DNA of 64,000 nucleotides from NCBI GenBank assembly GCA_949290645.1, contig CASESG010000004.1, forward strand, positions 10,821 through 74,820. The letters run 5' to 3'. Positions 1 to 7,816 of the stretch are shown here, piece by piece (position 1 is the first letter of the stretch; the number at the start of each line of letters is the position of its first letter). The notes under the pieces were generated by a model, which saw only the letters and a list, made by a program, of their open reading frames with translations, was not told where the DNA came from and did no database searches. Source of the DNA: an uncultured Bacillota bacterium (lineage in GTDB: Bacteria; Bacillota_I; Bacilli_A; RFN20; CAG-288). The translations under genes and the position numbers were made by a program.

Positions 1-78
1 GGCAAGGACGACAAGGACCGTCATGATGAAGGCGAGGCTGAGCATGACATACTTGAAGATCCGACGAATTCTGTTCAT
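1..78 (-). CDS. 5' end of a membrane-protein gene that runs off the window
   Basis: ATG at 78 is preceded by an AAAGGAGGT Shine-Dalgarno. It translates to MNRIRRIFKYVMLSLAFIMTVLVVLA (basic N-terminus plus hydrophobic helix). Only 26 codons are visible. Confidence 0.35.
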   Translation of the reverse strand, partial: MNRIRRIFKYVMLSLAFIMTVLVVLA

Positions 79-204
79 TGTGATACCTCCTTTCGAAAAG
101 ATTTCCTCGATTCTAGATCGATCGAAATGCGATCGGAAGAGACAAAGTTTTACCCTTGCCTCAAAATTCCCTCTTCTCTGTTCCGCTCGTTTATAATCAT
201 AGGT

Positions 205-858
205 ATGGATAATGAACAGATTCTCGAGGAAGCGCTCGACTTTGCCGGAGAGATTCTCCGAAACGACTTCTCCGGACACGGCTATGACCATATCGAAAGA
301 GTCTATCGAAACGCCTTGACGATCTTGAGGGAAGAGAAGGCCGACTCCTTCCTCGTCCTTCTTTCCTGTGCCCTGCACGATGTCGACGACATCAAGCTCT
401 TCCCGGACGACCACGACTTCAAAAACGCCCGCTCTTTCCTGACGGAGCATCAAGTCGGGGAAGAGACCATAAAAAAGGTCCTCACCATCATCGAGGAAGT
501 CTCCTTCAAGGGAAAGGACACGAAGACGCCTGCTTCGATCGAAGGCAAGATCGTCCAGGACGCCGACCGACTGGATGCCATCGGTGCCATCGGAATCGCC
601 AGGGCCTTCGCCTTTGGCGGAAGTCATCACCGCCCGCTCTACGACGAGAAGCTTAAGATCAAGAAGGAGATGAGCGAAAAGGAATACCGGGCCCACAAGG
701 GATCGACCATCGCCCACTTCTACGAGAAGCTCCTGCTTTTGAAGGACATGATGAGCACAGAAGCCGGAAAGAGGATGGCAAAGGAGAGACACGAGTTCCT
801 TCTCCTCTTCCTGGATGAATTCGCAAAGGAGACCGGACATGGACGAGAGCAAGATTGA
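205..858 (+). CDS. HD-domain phosphohydrolase
   Basis: HD-superfamily motifs are present: GHGYDHIERV ... ALHDVDD ... QDADRLDAIGA. The start was moved to ATG 205 (MDNEQILEEALDF) because the 26 upstream residues are not HD-like. Stop is TGA. Confidence 0.8.
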   Translation: MDNEQILEEALDFAGEILRNDFSGHGYDHIERVYRNALTILREEKADSFLVLLSCALHDVDDIKLFPDDHDFKNARSFLTEHQVGEETIKKVLTIIEEVSFKGKDTKTPASIEGKIVQDADRLDAIGAIGIARAFAFGGSHHRPLYDEKLKIKKEMSEKEYRAHKGSTIAHFYEKLLLLKDMMSTEAGKRMAKERHEFLLLFLDEFAKETGHGREQD

Positions 859-1330
859 TGCATTCCTGAAGCGGAAGGGCGAAAAGGTGATCGTCTCCGC
901 CTGCCTTCTGGGAGAGAACTGCCGCTACGACGGGAAGAGCAAGGAAGTCCCCGAAATCCGAAAACTCGCCAAGTACTATTCTCTCCTCCCCATCTGCCCC
1001 GAAGTCCTGGGCGGTCTCAGGACCCCGAGAGATCCCAGCGAGATCGTCGAGGGAAAAGTCCTTTCCCAGAGAGGAAAGGACGTGAGCGAGAACTATCGAA
1101 ACGGCGCCTATTGGGCCAGTGCCCTGGCCCGGATCCAGAAAGTCCACTTGGCCATCCTCAAGGACCGTTCCCCAAGCTGCGGATCGACCCTGATCCATGA
1201 TGGTTCCTTCACGGGCAAGGTGATTCCCGGAAAGGGCATCACCGCCAAGCGCCTGGAGAAAGAGGGAGTCCTTGTCCTGAACGAGGAGGAAGGGAAGAGA
1301 CTCCTCTCCCTTCTGGAGGAAGGAAGATGA
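839..1330 (+). CDS. DUF523 (YbbK/TudS-like) family protein
   Basis: Contains VIVSACLLGENCRYDG, ICPEVLGGLRTPR and SPSCGS motifs. ATGA overlap with the next gene at 1327-1330. Confidence 0.7.
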   Translation: MDESKIDAFLKRKGEKVIVSACLLGENCRYDGKSKEVPEIRKLAKYYSLLPICPEVLGGLRTPRDPSEIVEGKVLSQRGKDVSENYRNGAYWASALARIQKVHLAILKDRSPSCGSTLIHDGSFTGKVIPGKGITAKRLEKEGVLVLNEEEGKRLLSLLEEGR

Positions 1331-2319
1331 CCAAGACCTTTTCCATCGCCGGGATCGAGATTCCCAATCGCTACGTCCTGGCACCCCTGGCCGGATACAC
1401 CGACTTCTCCCTCCGCAAGCTCTGCTCCGACTACGGGGCGGGTCTTGTCTACAGCGAGATGGAATCCTGCGAATCCCTGATCTACGACAGCCAAGCCACC
1501 CTGAAAGACCTCGCCGCGACCCACAAGGACAAGGAGTGCGACGACCGGGCCAAGCTCGCCCTCCAAATCTTCGGAGGAAAGGAAGAAAGCATCCTCAAGG
1601 CCATCCCCCTTGTCGAGGAGAAGGCCATCTACGACTTCCTCGATTTCAACGTCGGCTGTCCTGTCCCCAAAGTCATGAGGCAGAAAGCTGGTTCCTACTG
1701 GTTGAATCGCTTGGATGAGCTTTATTCTCTTCTCGAAAAGATGGTTTCAATATCAAAGAAACCTGTCATCGTTAAGATCCGCATCGGATTCAACACGATC
1801 ATGGATGTCAAGACCGTCTGCAGGAAGATCGAATCCTGCGGTGTCAGGGCCATCGCCGTCCACGGCAGGACACGCAAGGAAGGCTTTCTGGGCCCTGTCC
1901 ACTACGACGTGATCAAGGCCATCAAGGAAAGCGTCACAATCCCCGTGATTGCAAACGGCGGAATCGATGAGCACAACTTCCAGGAAGTCTTAGACGAGAC
2001 CACAGCCGATGCCGTCATGCTCGGACAAAGGGCCATCGGCTATCCCAAGGTCTTCCAGGACATGATCGATATCGAAGAGGGAAGGACACCAAGACAAACG
2101 ACGCTAGCAAGTCAGATCGCGGACTTGAGAAAACACCTGTCCCTGATCTTCTCCATCAAGGAGAGCAAGCCAGCCAGCGACATCATGCGCGGAATCTCCA
2201 TCCGCTACTTCAAGGGCTTCGACCACACCAAGGACATCCGTCTGGCCCTGGTCCACTGCCACAGCCTGGAGGACTATCTTTCGGTCCTGGACAAAGCAGA
2301 AGAGCTCCGCAAGGAATAA
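1327..2319 (+). CDS. dus: tRNA-dihydrouridine synthase
   Basis: Dus-family signatures: LAPLAGYTD, DFNVGCPVPKV, AVHGRTR, ANGGI. 330 aa, TAA stop. Confidence 0.9.
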   Translation: MTKTFSIAGIEIPNRYVLAPLAGYTDFSLRKLCSDYGAGLVYSEMESCESLIYDSQATLKDLAATHKDKECDDRAKLALQIFGGKEESILKAIPLVEEKAIYDFLDFNVGCPVPKVMRQKAGSYWLNRLDELYSLLEKMVSISKKPVIVKIRIGFNTIMDVKTVCRKIESCGVRAIAVHGRTRKEGFLGPVHYDVIKAIKESVTIPVIANGGIDEHNFQEVLDETTADAVMLGQRAIGYPKVFQDMIDIEEGRTPRQTTLASQIADLRKHLSLIFSIKESKPASDIMRGISIRYFKGFDHTKDIRLALVHCHSLEDYLSVLDKAEELRKE

Positions 2320-2407
2320 GGCCGTGCAGAATGCGCACCATTTTGCTCATTTTGTCCGGTTTTTAATTGAAGCGCTTACTTCTTTGAGCTATCATTAGAG
2401 ATGGATC

Positions 2408-3181
2408 ATGAGCCTGAAAGAAAGGGATGAGGAGATTCTCAAACTCCTCGACGAGAGCCCATCGCAATACGTCTCGGTCGAATCCCTGGCCGAATATTTC
2501 AAGACGTCGGAATCGACCATCCGCCGGGATCTCCAGAGAATGTCCCTGGAGCACAAGCTCATGCGCGTCCACGGCGGGGCGGCGAGCCTCCACTTCTCTG
2601 GGAACTTCAAGTTCGAGCGTCTCGACCGGGAATATCTCGAGCGGGAGAGAACCGAGCCAGAGATCAAGAAGCTCATCGCCCGGGAAGCTTCCCACTATGT
2701 CAAGGAAGGGTCCTGCATCTATCTGGATGCCTCCACGACCGTCGCCAGCATGATCTTCTTCCTTCCCACCTATCGCAACACCTACTACGTGACGAACTCT
2801 CCCCTTCTTGCCCAGAAGCTGGCGGAGAGAGGATTGACTTGCTATGTCACCGGTGGCGAGCTGAAGATGACAACCAACGCTTTCATCGGACCCTATGCCA
2901 TCGACTTCATCAACCAGTTCAACTTCGACATCGGCTTCTTCGGAACAAACGGCATCCATCCGCAGGCGAAGTTCACCACTCCCGACCCCCAGGAATGCGC
3001 CATCAAGTCCGCTGCCATCAGCAAGTGCTACAGCGTCTACATCCTCGCCGATCACACCAAGTTCGACAACATCTCCACGGCCACCTTCTCGGATTTCACA
3101 AGGCCTATCCTCATCACCGACGTCGCGAACGAGAAATATCGTTCCCTCGTCAAGATGATCGAAGTCGAAGCGAACGAATAA
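2408..3181 (+). CDS. fruR: DeoR-family transcriptional repressor (FruR-like)
   Basis: N-terminal HTH (VSVESLAEYFKTSESTIRRDLQRM) plus a DeoR C-terminal sugar-phosphate sensor domain. Lies immediately upstream of a 1-phosphofructokinase gene. Confidence 0.75.
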   Translation: MSLKERDEEILKLLDESPSQYVSVESLAEYFKTSESTIRRDLQRMSLEHKLMRVHGGAASLHFSGNFKFERLDREYLERERTEPEIKKLIAREASHYVKEGSCIYLDASTTVASMIFFLPTYRNTYYVTNSPLLAQKLAERGLTCYVTGGELKMTTNAFIGPYAIDFINQFNFDIGFFGTNGIHPQAKFTTPDPQECAIKSAAISKCYSVYILADHTKFDNISTATFSDFTRPILITDVANEKYRSLVKMIEVEANE

Positions 3182-3200
3182 AGAAAGGAGCTTTATCACA

Positions 3201-4130
3201 ATGATTTATTCGCTGACAATCGCACCCTGCATCGACTACAACCTCAATTTGGAAGACAAGGAACTTCGTGTCGGTGGCGTCAACCGCCCCAAGGCCGAAG
3301 GTTTTTCCTTGGGAGGAAAGGGCATCACCGTCTCTCGCATGCTCAACAACCTCAAGGTCAAGAACATCCCCATCGTCGCCGTCGGTGGCAACATCGGAAA
3401 GGACATCCAGAACATCGTCGACAAGGAGTATGACCACCCCATCTATCTGAAGACGGAGAGCAACTCCCGCATGAACGTCATGATCACCGGCCCTCACCAG
3501 GACACCCGCTTCGATCCTTCCGCCCCGAAGGTCAAGGACAAGGAGATCGAGCGTCTCTTCGCCTACTTCAAGAAGCACCTCAAGGAGAAGGACATCGTCA
3601 TCCTCTCCGGCTCCCTGGGCCAGGAGGACAAGCACCTCTATGCCAAGATCATGGAAGAGTGCTGCAATCCCGTCAACGCCTATGTCTTCCTCGACACCGT
3701 CGACGAAGCCCTGACCTATGCCCTGACCTACAAGCCCTTCATGATCAAGCCCAACGACGAGGAACTCGGAGACCTGCTCGGAAAGAAGCTCACCACCGAT
3801 GAGGAGATCATCGCCGGCGGAGAAGAGTTCAAGAAGAAGGGACCTCGCTCCGTCATGGTCACCCTCGGAAGAAGAGGAGCCTACTACTTCAGCGAGGACG
3901 GACACGTCTATCACTGCTCCAACGCCACCGGTACCCAGATCTCCGCTGTCGGTGCCGGAGATTCCTCCATCGCCGGCTTCATCAAGGGCCTGAGCGAAGG
4001 AAAGTCCATCGAAGAGACCCTCCAGTACTCGATGGCTGCCGGCGGTGCCACCGCCTTCTCTCCTCACCTCGGCTCCTACAAGCTCTGGAAATCCCTGCTT
4101 CCCCAGATCAAGGTCACGAAGATCAAGTAA
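3201..4130 (+). CDS. fruK: 1-phosphofructokinase (PfkB family)
   Basis: AAGGAG RBS. The N-terminus MIYSLTIAPCIDYN, plus KPNDEELGDLLG, GAGDSSIAGF and a C-terminal QIKVTKI, resemble Bacillus FruK end to end. Confidence 0.8.
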   Translation: MIYSLTIAPCIDYNLNLEDKELRVGGVNRPKAEGFSLGGKGITVSRMLNNLKVKNIPIVAVGGNIGKDIQNIVDKEYDHPIYLKTESNSRMNVMITGPHQDTRFDPSAPKVKDKEIERLFAYFKKHLKEKDIVILSGSLGQEDKHLYAKIMEECCNPVNAYVFLDTVDEALTYALTYKPFMIKPNDEELGDLLGKKLTTDEEIIAGGEEFKKKGPRSVMVTLGRRGAYYFSEDGHVYHCSNATGTQISAVGAGDSSIAGFIKGLSEGKSIEETLQYSMAAGGATAFSPHLGSYKLWKSLLPQIKVTKIK

Positions 4131-4152
4131 GAGAAACCATCCAGGCCAAAAC

Positions 4153-4186
4153 AGGAATTCCCTGCCCAGCGGGGAATTCCTTTTTC
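4153..4186 (+). terminator. Rho-independent terminator after fruK
   Basis: AGGAATTCCC (4153-4162) pairs with GGGAATTCCT (4172-4181), followed by a TTTTT run. Confidence 0.8.
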
Positions 4187-4411
4187 GTTCCGGGAGATTC
4201 AAAATTTGGAGATTGGCTGTTCGAAAACGTCTTCGGAAGGTCGATCAAGTGAAGCCGAGAATCTCGAATCGGCATCAAGTCCGAATCCAATCCGCTCGCT
4301 CCGAAGAGATAGATTTCAACTTCCGGAGTACCTTTGAAAAGTGGAACGGAAATGTCTTCCAGAATTTTCACTTAATCCTTCTCCATTCTTTTCTTCTTTG
4401 AAACCTTGCAC

Positions 4412-5671
4412 TCACCAATCAGGAGAGACTTCTCGTTGCGCGGCGACGATGTCCAATTCGATGCCTCGCCCCAAGACGCTGTCCTCGACGTAATCGTTTT
4501 CGAATCGGGGATAGAATCCGTTGAGCTGTCCTCGTTTTGCCTCTTGTTTCAAATGGGTCAAGCATTCCTTTTCGAAATAGTGCTCCACGAATTCCATGAT
4601 GGCGTTTTCCTGCTCTTTGCGAATCGCTTTCCCATAGCCGGACTTGATCGGCTCGACGTTGGGACGGATGAGGCGATAGAAGAAAGCCTGCATCGGATCG
4701 AAGATCTCGCAAAGGACGTTCCTTTTCGATTGGAAGGTCATCCGTCGAATCAAAACACTGTCTGCCGTCAATTCCTTGAAATATTATGCGAATTTGCTGG
4801 AATCCGTCTTCAAATAGGTACTCCGCCTTTCCAAAGTGTCATATCCAAGAGAGATCGCTCGGATGAGGGAGGCATAAAGCCCACCATCCGCCTTCTCCGA
4901 AGTGATGATTATGCTGGGGTCATCGACAATGATGGCATCCTGGCCGTAAAAAAGCCGATTCAGATTCTCGTCGAATGTCTTGGAGGTATCAATCAAAGAA
5001 AGGTAATACGGAAACGTGTTCTTCAATGCGAGATTCTTGGCCTTTTCCCAATCATCGGGAATATCCTTCAAGGCAAGAAGGGCACCAGCAAGCTCGAATT
5101 CGCGCGACGACAAGGAGAAAGCCGGCCTGTGATACAGAAGGGAACGATTATCTGCAATTATTATATGAATGAAACGTTGCTTCCAGTAAGAATCAAAGTA
5201 CATTTTTTTGAAAACAACATGTCGATTGCTTTTGAATGGAATATAAAAATCCGACTTCTTCCTTTTCCCGTCTCTGGTCAAGACGAGATTGGGATATTCA
5301 TCGTTTGCTAGCAAACCATGTTCGTCTCCGAAACAGTCGTCAATTGCCTCGAAGAAGGAAAAACAGGAGGGATATTGGATTCCCTTTCTTCCCATCGCCT
5401 TGTCCAGGGATTCGGAAAAGGCATATCGGATGTCGATTCCTTCGCTGTCGGTCGCAAATAGAAGCAAGGCCTTCTTCCCCTTCGCCAGCATTTCCATCAG
5501 CGTTGTCTTTCCGATGCGTCTCTGCCCATAGACATAACCAAATTAAATTTGCGAGCTTTGGTAAAACCGGTTCAGCTGTTCGTGCTCTTCCGTTCTTCCA
5601 ATTCCCTCTCTCGTCTCTTTTCCTTCTTTCCGGAATACGCATTCCGTAACTACGTTTTCCGTTTTGCTCAT
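4412..5671 (-). pseudogene. DUF234/archaeal-type ATPase gene interrupted by two in-frame TAA codons
   Basis: A single reading frame reads MSKTENV...GRTEEHEQLNRFYQSSQI*FGYVYGQRRIGKTTL (Walker A)...DSSKFA*YFKELTADS...FFYRLIRPNVEPIKSG...GIELDIVA. The TAA codons lie just upstream of 5530 and at 4781-4783. The track shows the pieces as 4412..4771 and 4784..5497. Confidence 0.6.
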
Positions 5672-5730
5672 CGGCCCATCAAAAAGAATGTCGTTCATCC
5701 CGAGATTATTCCGGACAGGCTTCCTTCGTT

Positions 5731-6663
5731 TTACTTCTCGATCTTTTTCTGGAAATTGTTGAAGAGCAGATAGATGGCGCTCTTGTTGATTTCCCGCAGT
5801 TTGTCGATGGTCTCTCCTCGGTCATAGACGATGATATCGGCCTGGAGCGGGCTTTCGACAAAGGTGATTCCCTTGAGCAAGAGACGTTCGGCATTCTTCA
5901 GGAGATATTCCAGGTGCCGATAGAGGCTGGATGTGCGGAAAAAGACTTTCTTGTTCCAGAAGAAGGGATTGTAGTAGGAAAGGGAAGGCACGGCCTTGAT
6001 AAGGAAGAGAGACTTCGCCTTCTCCGCCAAGGCTCTCTTCTTGGCCTTTTCCTTCCTTCTCTCTCGAAGCTTCTGGGCGAGAGCACGGCTCTCTCCAGAG
6101 ACGCCAGGATATTTCTTTTTCAATCTCTCCAAGGTAAGGTTGTTTTCCTTGACGATCTTGACGAAGACCTCCATCGTCATCATCGCGTCATCGTCAGAGC
6201 GATGATAGGTGAACTTGGCCAAGCCGAATTCCTCGATGAGCGTGTCCAGTCCCCGATAGTCTTTCGTCTGATAGATCTCCTTGTCCAGCTTCTGTAGATC
6301 GACATAAGAAAAGGAAGGAAGAGAAAATCCATAGCGGTGGCAGGTGTAATCCAGAAAGGCGATGTCCTGATGGATGCAGAAGCCGACGACAACGACATCC
6401 TCGTCTTCCAGAAGATGACGGATCTCCTCATAGTAATAAGGAAAGCGATGCGAATTACGGAAGCGGGCGAGAGGATAGGCCAGTTCGATTCCCTCTCCGT
6501 TCTTCGCATTGCCCAAAAGGAAAGGGGCGTCAGGGTTGACGATGATGTCCTTCTTTTTCAGAATGCGAAACTCCTCATCGGTTCGGACATAACCGAAGGA
6601 ACAGATCTTTCCTTCCCCTCTCTGGCAGTTGGCGCATTCCGTATCAAAGAAGACGTAGTTCAT
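5731..6663 (-). CDS. DEDD (DnaQ-like) 3'-5' exonuclease domain protein with a C-terminal extension
   Basis: Start is at ATG 6663 (MNYVFFDTECAN = ExoI motif). A later HRSDDDAMMT matches an ExoIII-like motif. A Lys-rich linker is followed by a roughly 90-aa C-terminal domain. The track ORF is over-extended to 7044. Confidence 0.7.
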   Translation of the reverse strand: MNYVFFDTECANCQRGEGKICSFGYVRTDEEFRILKKKDIIVNPDAPFLLGNAKNGEGIELAYPLARFRNSHRFPYYYEEIRHLLEDEDVVVVGFCIHQDIAFLDYTCHRYGFSLPSFSYVDLQKLDKEIYQTKDYRGLDTLIEEFGLAKFTYHRSDDDAMMTMEVFVKIVKENNLTLERLKKKYPGVSGESRALAQKLRERRKEKAKKRALAEKAKSLFLIKAVPSLSYYNPFFWNKKVFFRTSSLYRHLEYLLKNAERLLLKGITFVESPLQADIIVYDRGETIDKLREINKSAIYLLFNNFQKKIEK

Positions 6664-6771
6664 ACCTCTATTGTAATTTTCACGATAAGAAGAGACAACA
6701 GGAAAGATTCCATCCTTACTGAGAAAAACGGAATATTCCTTATCGGAAAAGAAAAAGTGTATAATGGCCAC

Positions 6772-7452
6772 ATGCACGAAAACCCGTTTCCCGAAGGCCT
6801 CAAGGCCTGCATCTTCGACCTTGACGGAACACTCGTCGACTCGATGAAGGTCTGGCAAAACGTCGACCAGCAATTTTTCCTCTCCAAGGGAATCCTCCTC
6901 CCCGACGACTACCAGAAAGCCATCTCCCACATGTCCTTCCGCCAGATCGCTCAATACACCATCGAGAGATTCCATCTCACGGAGACACCCGAAGACGTGA
7001 TCGAGATCTGGATGGGAATCGCCAAAGCCGAATACGCCTTCCACATCAAGGCCAAGAAGAACGCCCGCCTTCTGCTCTCCTATCTCAAGAGCAAAGGAAT
7101 CAAGACCGCCCTTGCGACCTCAAACCAGGAGAGCCTCTACCTTCCCTGCCTTGAAAACAACAAGCTCCTGGAATTCTTCGACTGCCTTGAAGACACCAAT
7201 CGTCTCAAGACCAGCAAGAGCGAACCGACGATCTATCTCGAGCTAAGCAAACGCTTTGGCTCCAAACCCAGCCAATGCCTGGTCTTTGAAGACATCCTGG
7301 TCGCCATCCAAGCAGCCCATAAGGCCTCCTTCCCCGTGATTGGGGTGAAGGACGATTCCTCGAGGAAAGACTGGGGGAAGATCAAGGAAGAGACACTCCG
7401 ATTCGTCTCCGACTTCGAGGAAGTTCTGGTCTTCCTTAAAAAATACATCTAA
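6772..7452 (+). CDS. HAD-superfamily hydrolase (beta-phosphoglucomutase-like, subfamily IA)
   Basis: Contains ACIFDLDGTLVDS (DxDGT motif I), ALATSN (motif II) and a C-terminal FEDILVAIQAAHKA. Start was re-picked at ATG 6772. Confidence 0.8.
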   Translation: MHENPFPEGLKACIFDLDGTLVDSMKVWQNVDQQFFLSKGILLPDDYQKAISHMSFRQIAQYTIERFHLTETPEDVIEIWMGIAKAEYAFHIKAKKNARLLLSYLKSKGIKTALATSNQESLYLPCLENNKLLEFFDCLEDTNRLKTSKSEPTIYLELSKRFGSKPSQCLVFEDILVAIQAAHKASFPVIGVKDDSSRKDWGKIKEETLRFVSDFEEVLVFLKKYI

Positions 7453-7705
7453 CCTGGCTTTTGATAAAGAAGTTGTTTCATTGACAAATAATTTACATGC
7501 TTTGCTATTTCATATTGCCTTCTAATGGAAAATTAGTTTTGATTTTTGATATCTCCTATCTTTTCTCTTCCCCTTGCTCTCCCTCCTTTTCCTTCCGATT
7601 CCTATCGCACGTTCTCGAGCGTTTCCCATTTCTTCAAACATCCTTCTGGAAAGCGTTTCCGTATTTACTCGACGATGAAAAATCGATACAATATCTTCGC
7701 GTTTT

Positions 7706-7798
7706 TTACTTGGGGAGTAATCGTTTCCTCTCTTCGACAATCACATCCGAAACATTCGGATCGGAGAAGGAACCGCTCTGCGGGGATGAGACCAGTAA
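7706..7798 (+). promoter_or_regulatory. Probable yybP-ykoY (Mn2+) riboswitch aptamer in the 5' leader of the P-type ATPase
   Basis: The 5' TTACT(T)GG-GGAGTAA and 3' GATGAGACC-AGTAA match the conserved GGGGAGUA / GAGACC loop sequences. They are flanked by a complementary closing stem (TTACTGG/CCAGTAA). There is an internal perfect hairpin ATCCGAA-aca-TTCGGAT (7745-7761). The element sits 19 nt upstream of the ATG inside a roughly 360-nt ORF-free leader. Confidence 0.5.
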
Positions 7799-7816
7799 AA
7801 GGAAAGGACAACGTCT

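Noticed and set aside
3150-4202. Many 60-350-aa overlapping ORFs rich in Arg/Pro/Ser/Gly throughout the GC-rich genes, for example 3150..4202 (-), 8768..9538 (-), 9595..10338 (+), 40798..42498 (-) and 48871..50565 (+).
   Set aside because: They are off-frame or antisense read-throughs of real genes. They have no RBS and biased composition, and each is fully contained within a better-supported CDS.
4781-5530. In-frame TAA/TAG/TGA codons as evidence for stop-codon reassignment or programmed read-through.
   Set aside because: All three stop codons terminate well-conserved genes at the expected length in the same window (TGA: HD, DUF523, recF; TAA: dus, fruR, fruK; TAG: P4, the 1127-aa protein). 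The affected genes are all accessory and AT-rich, and several also carry frameshifts.
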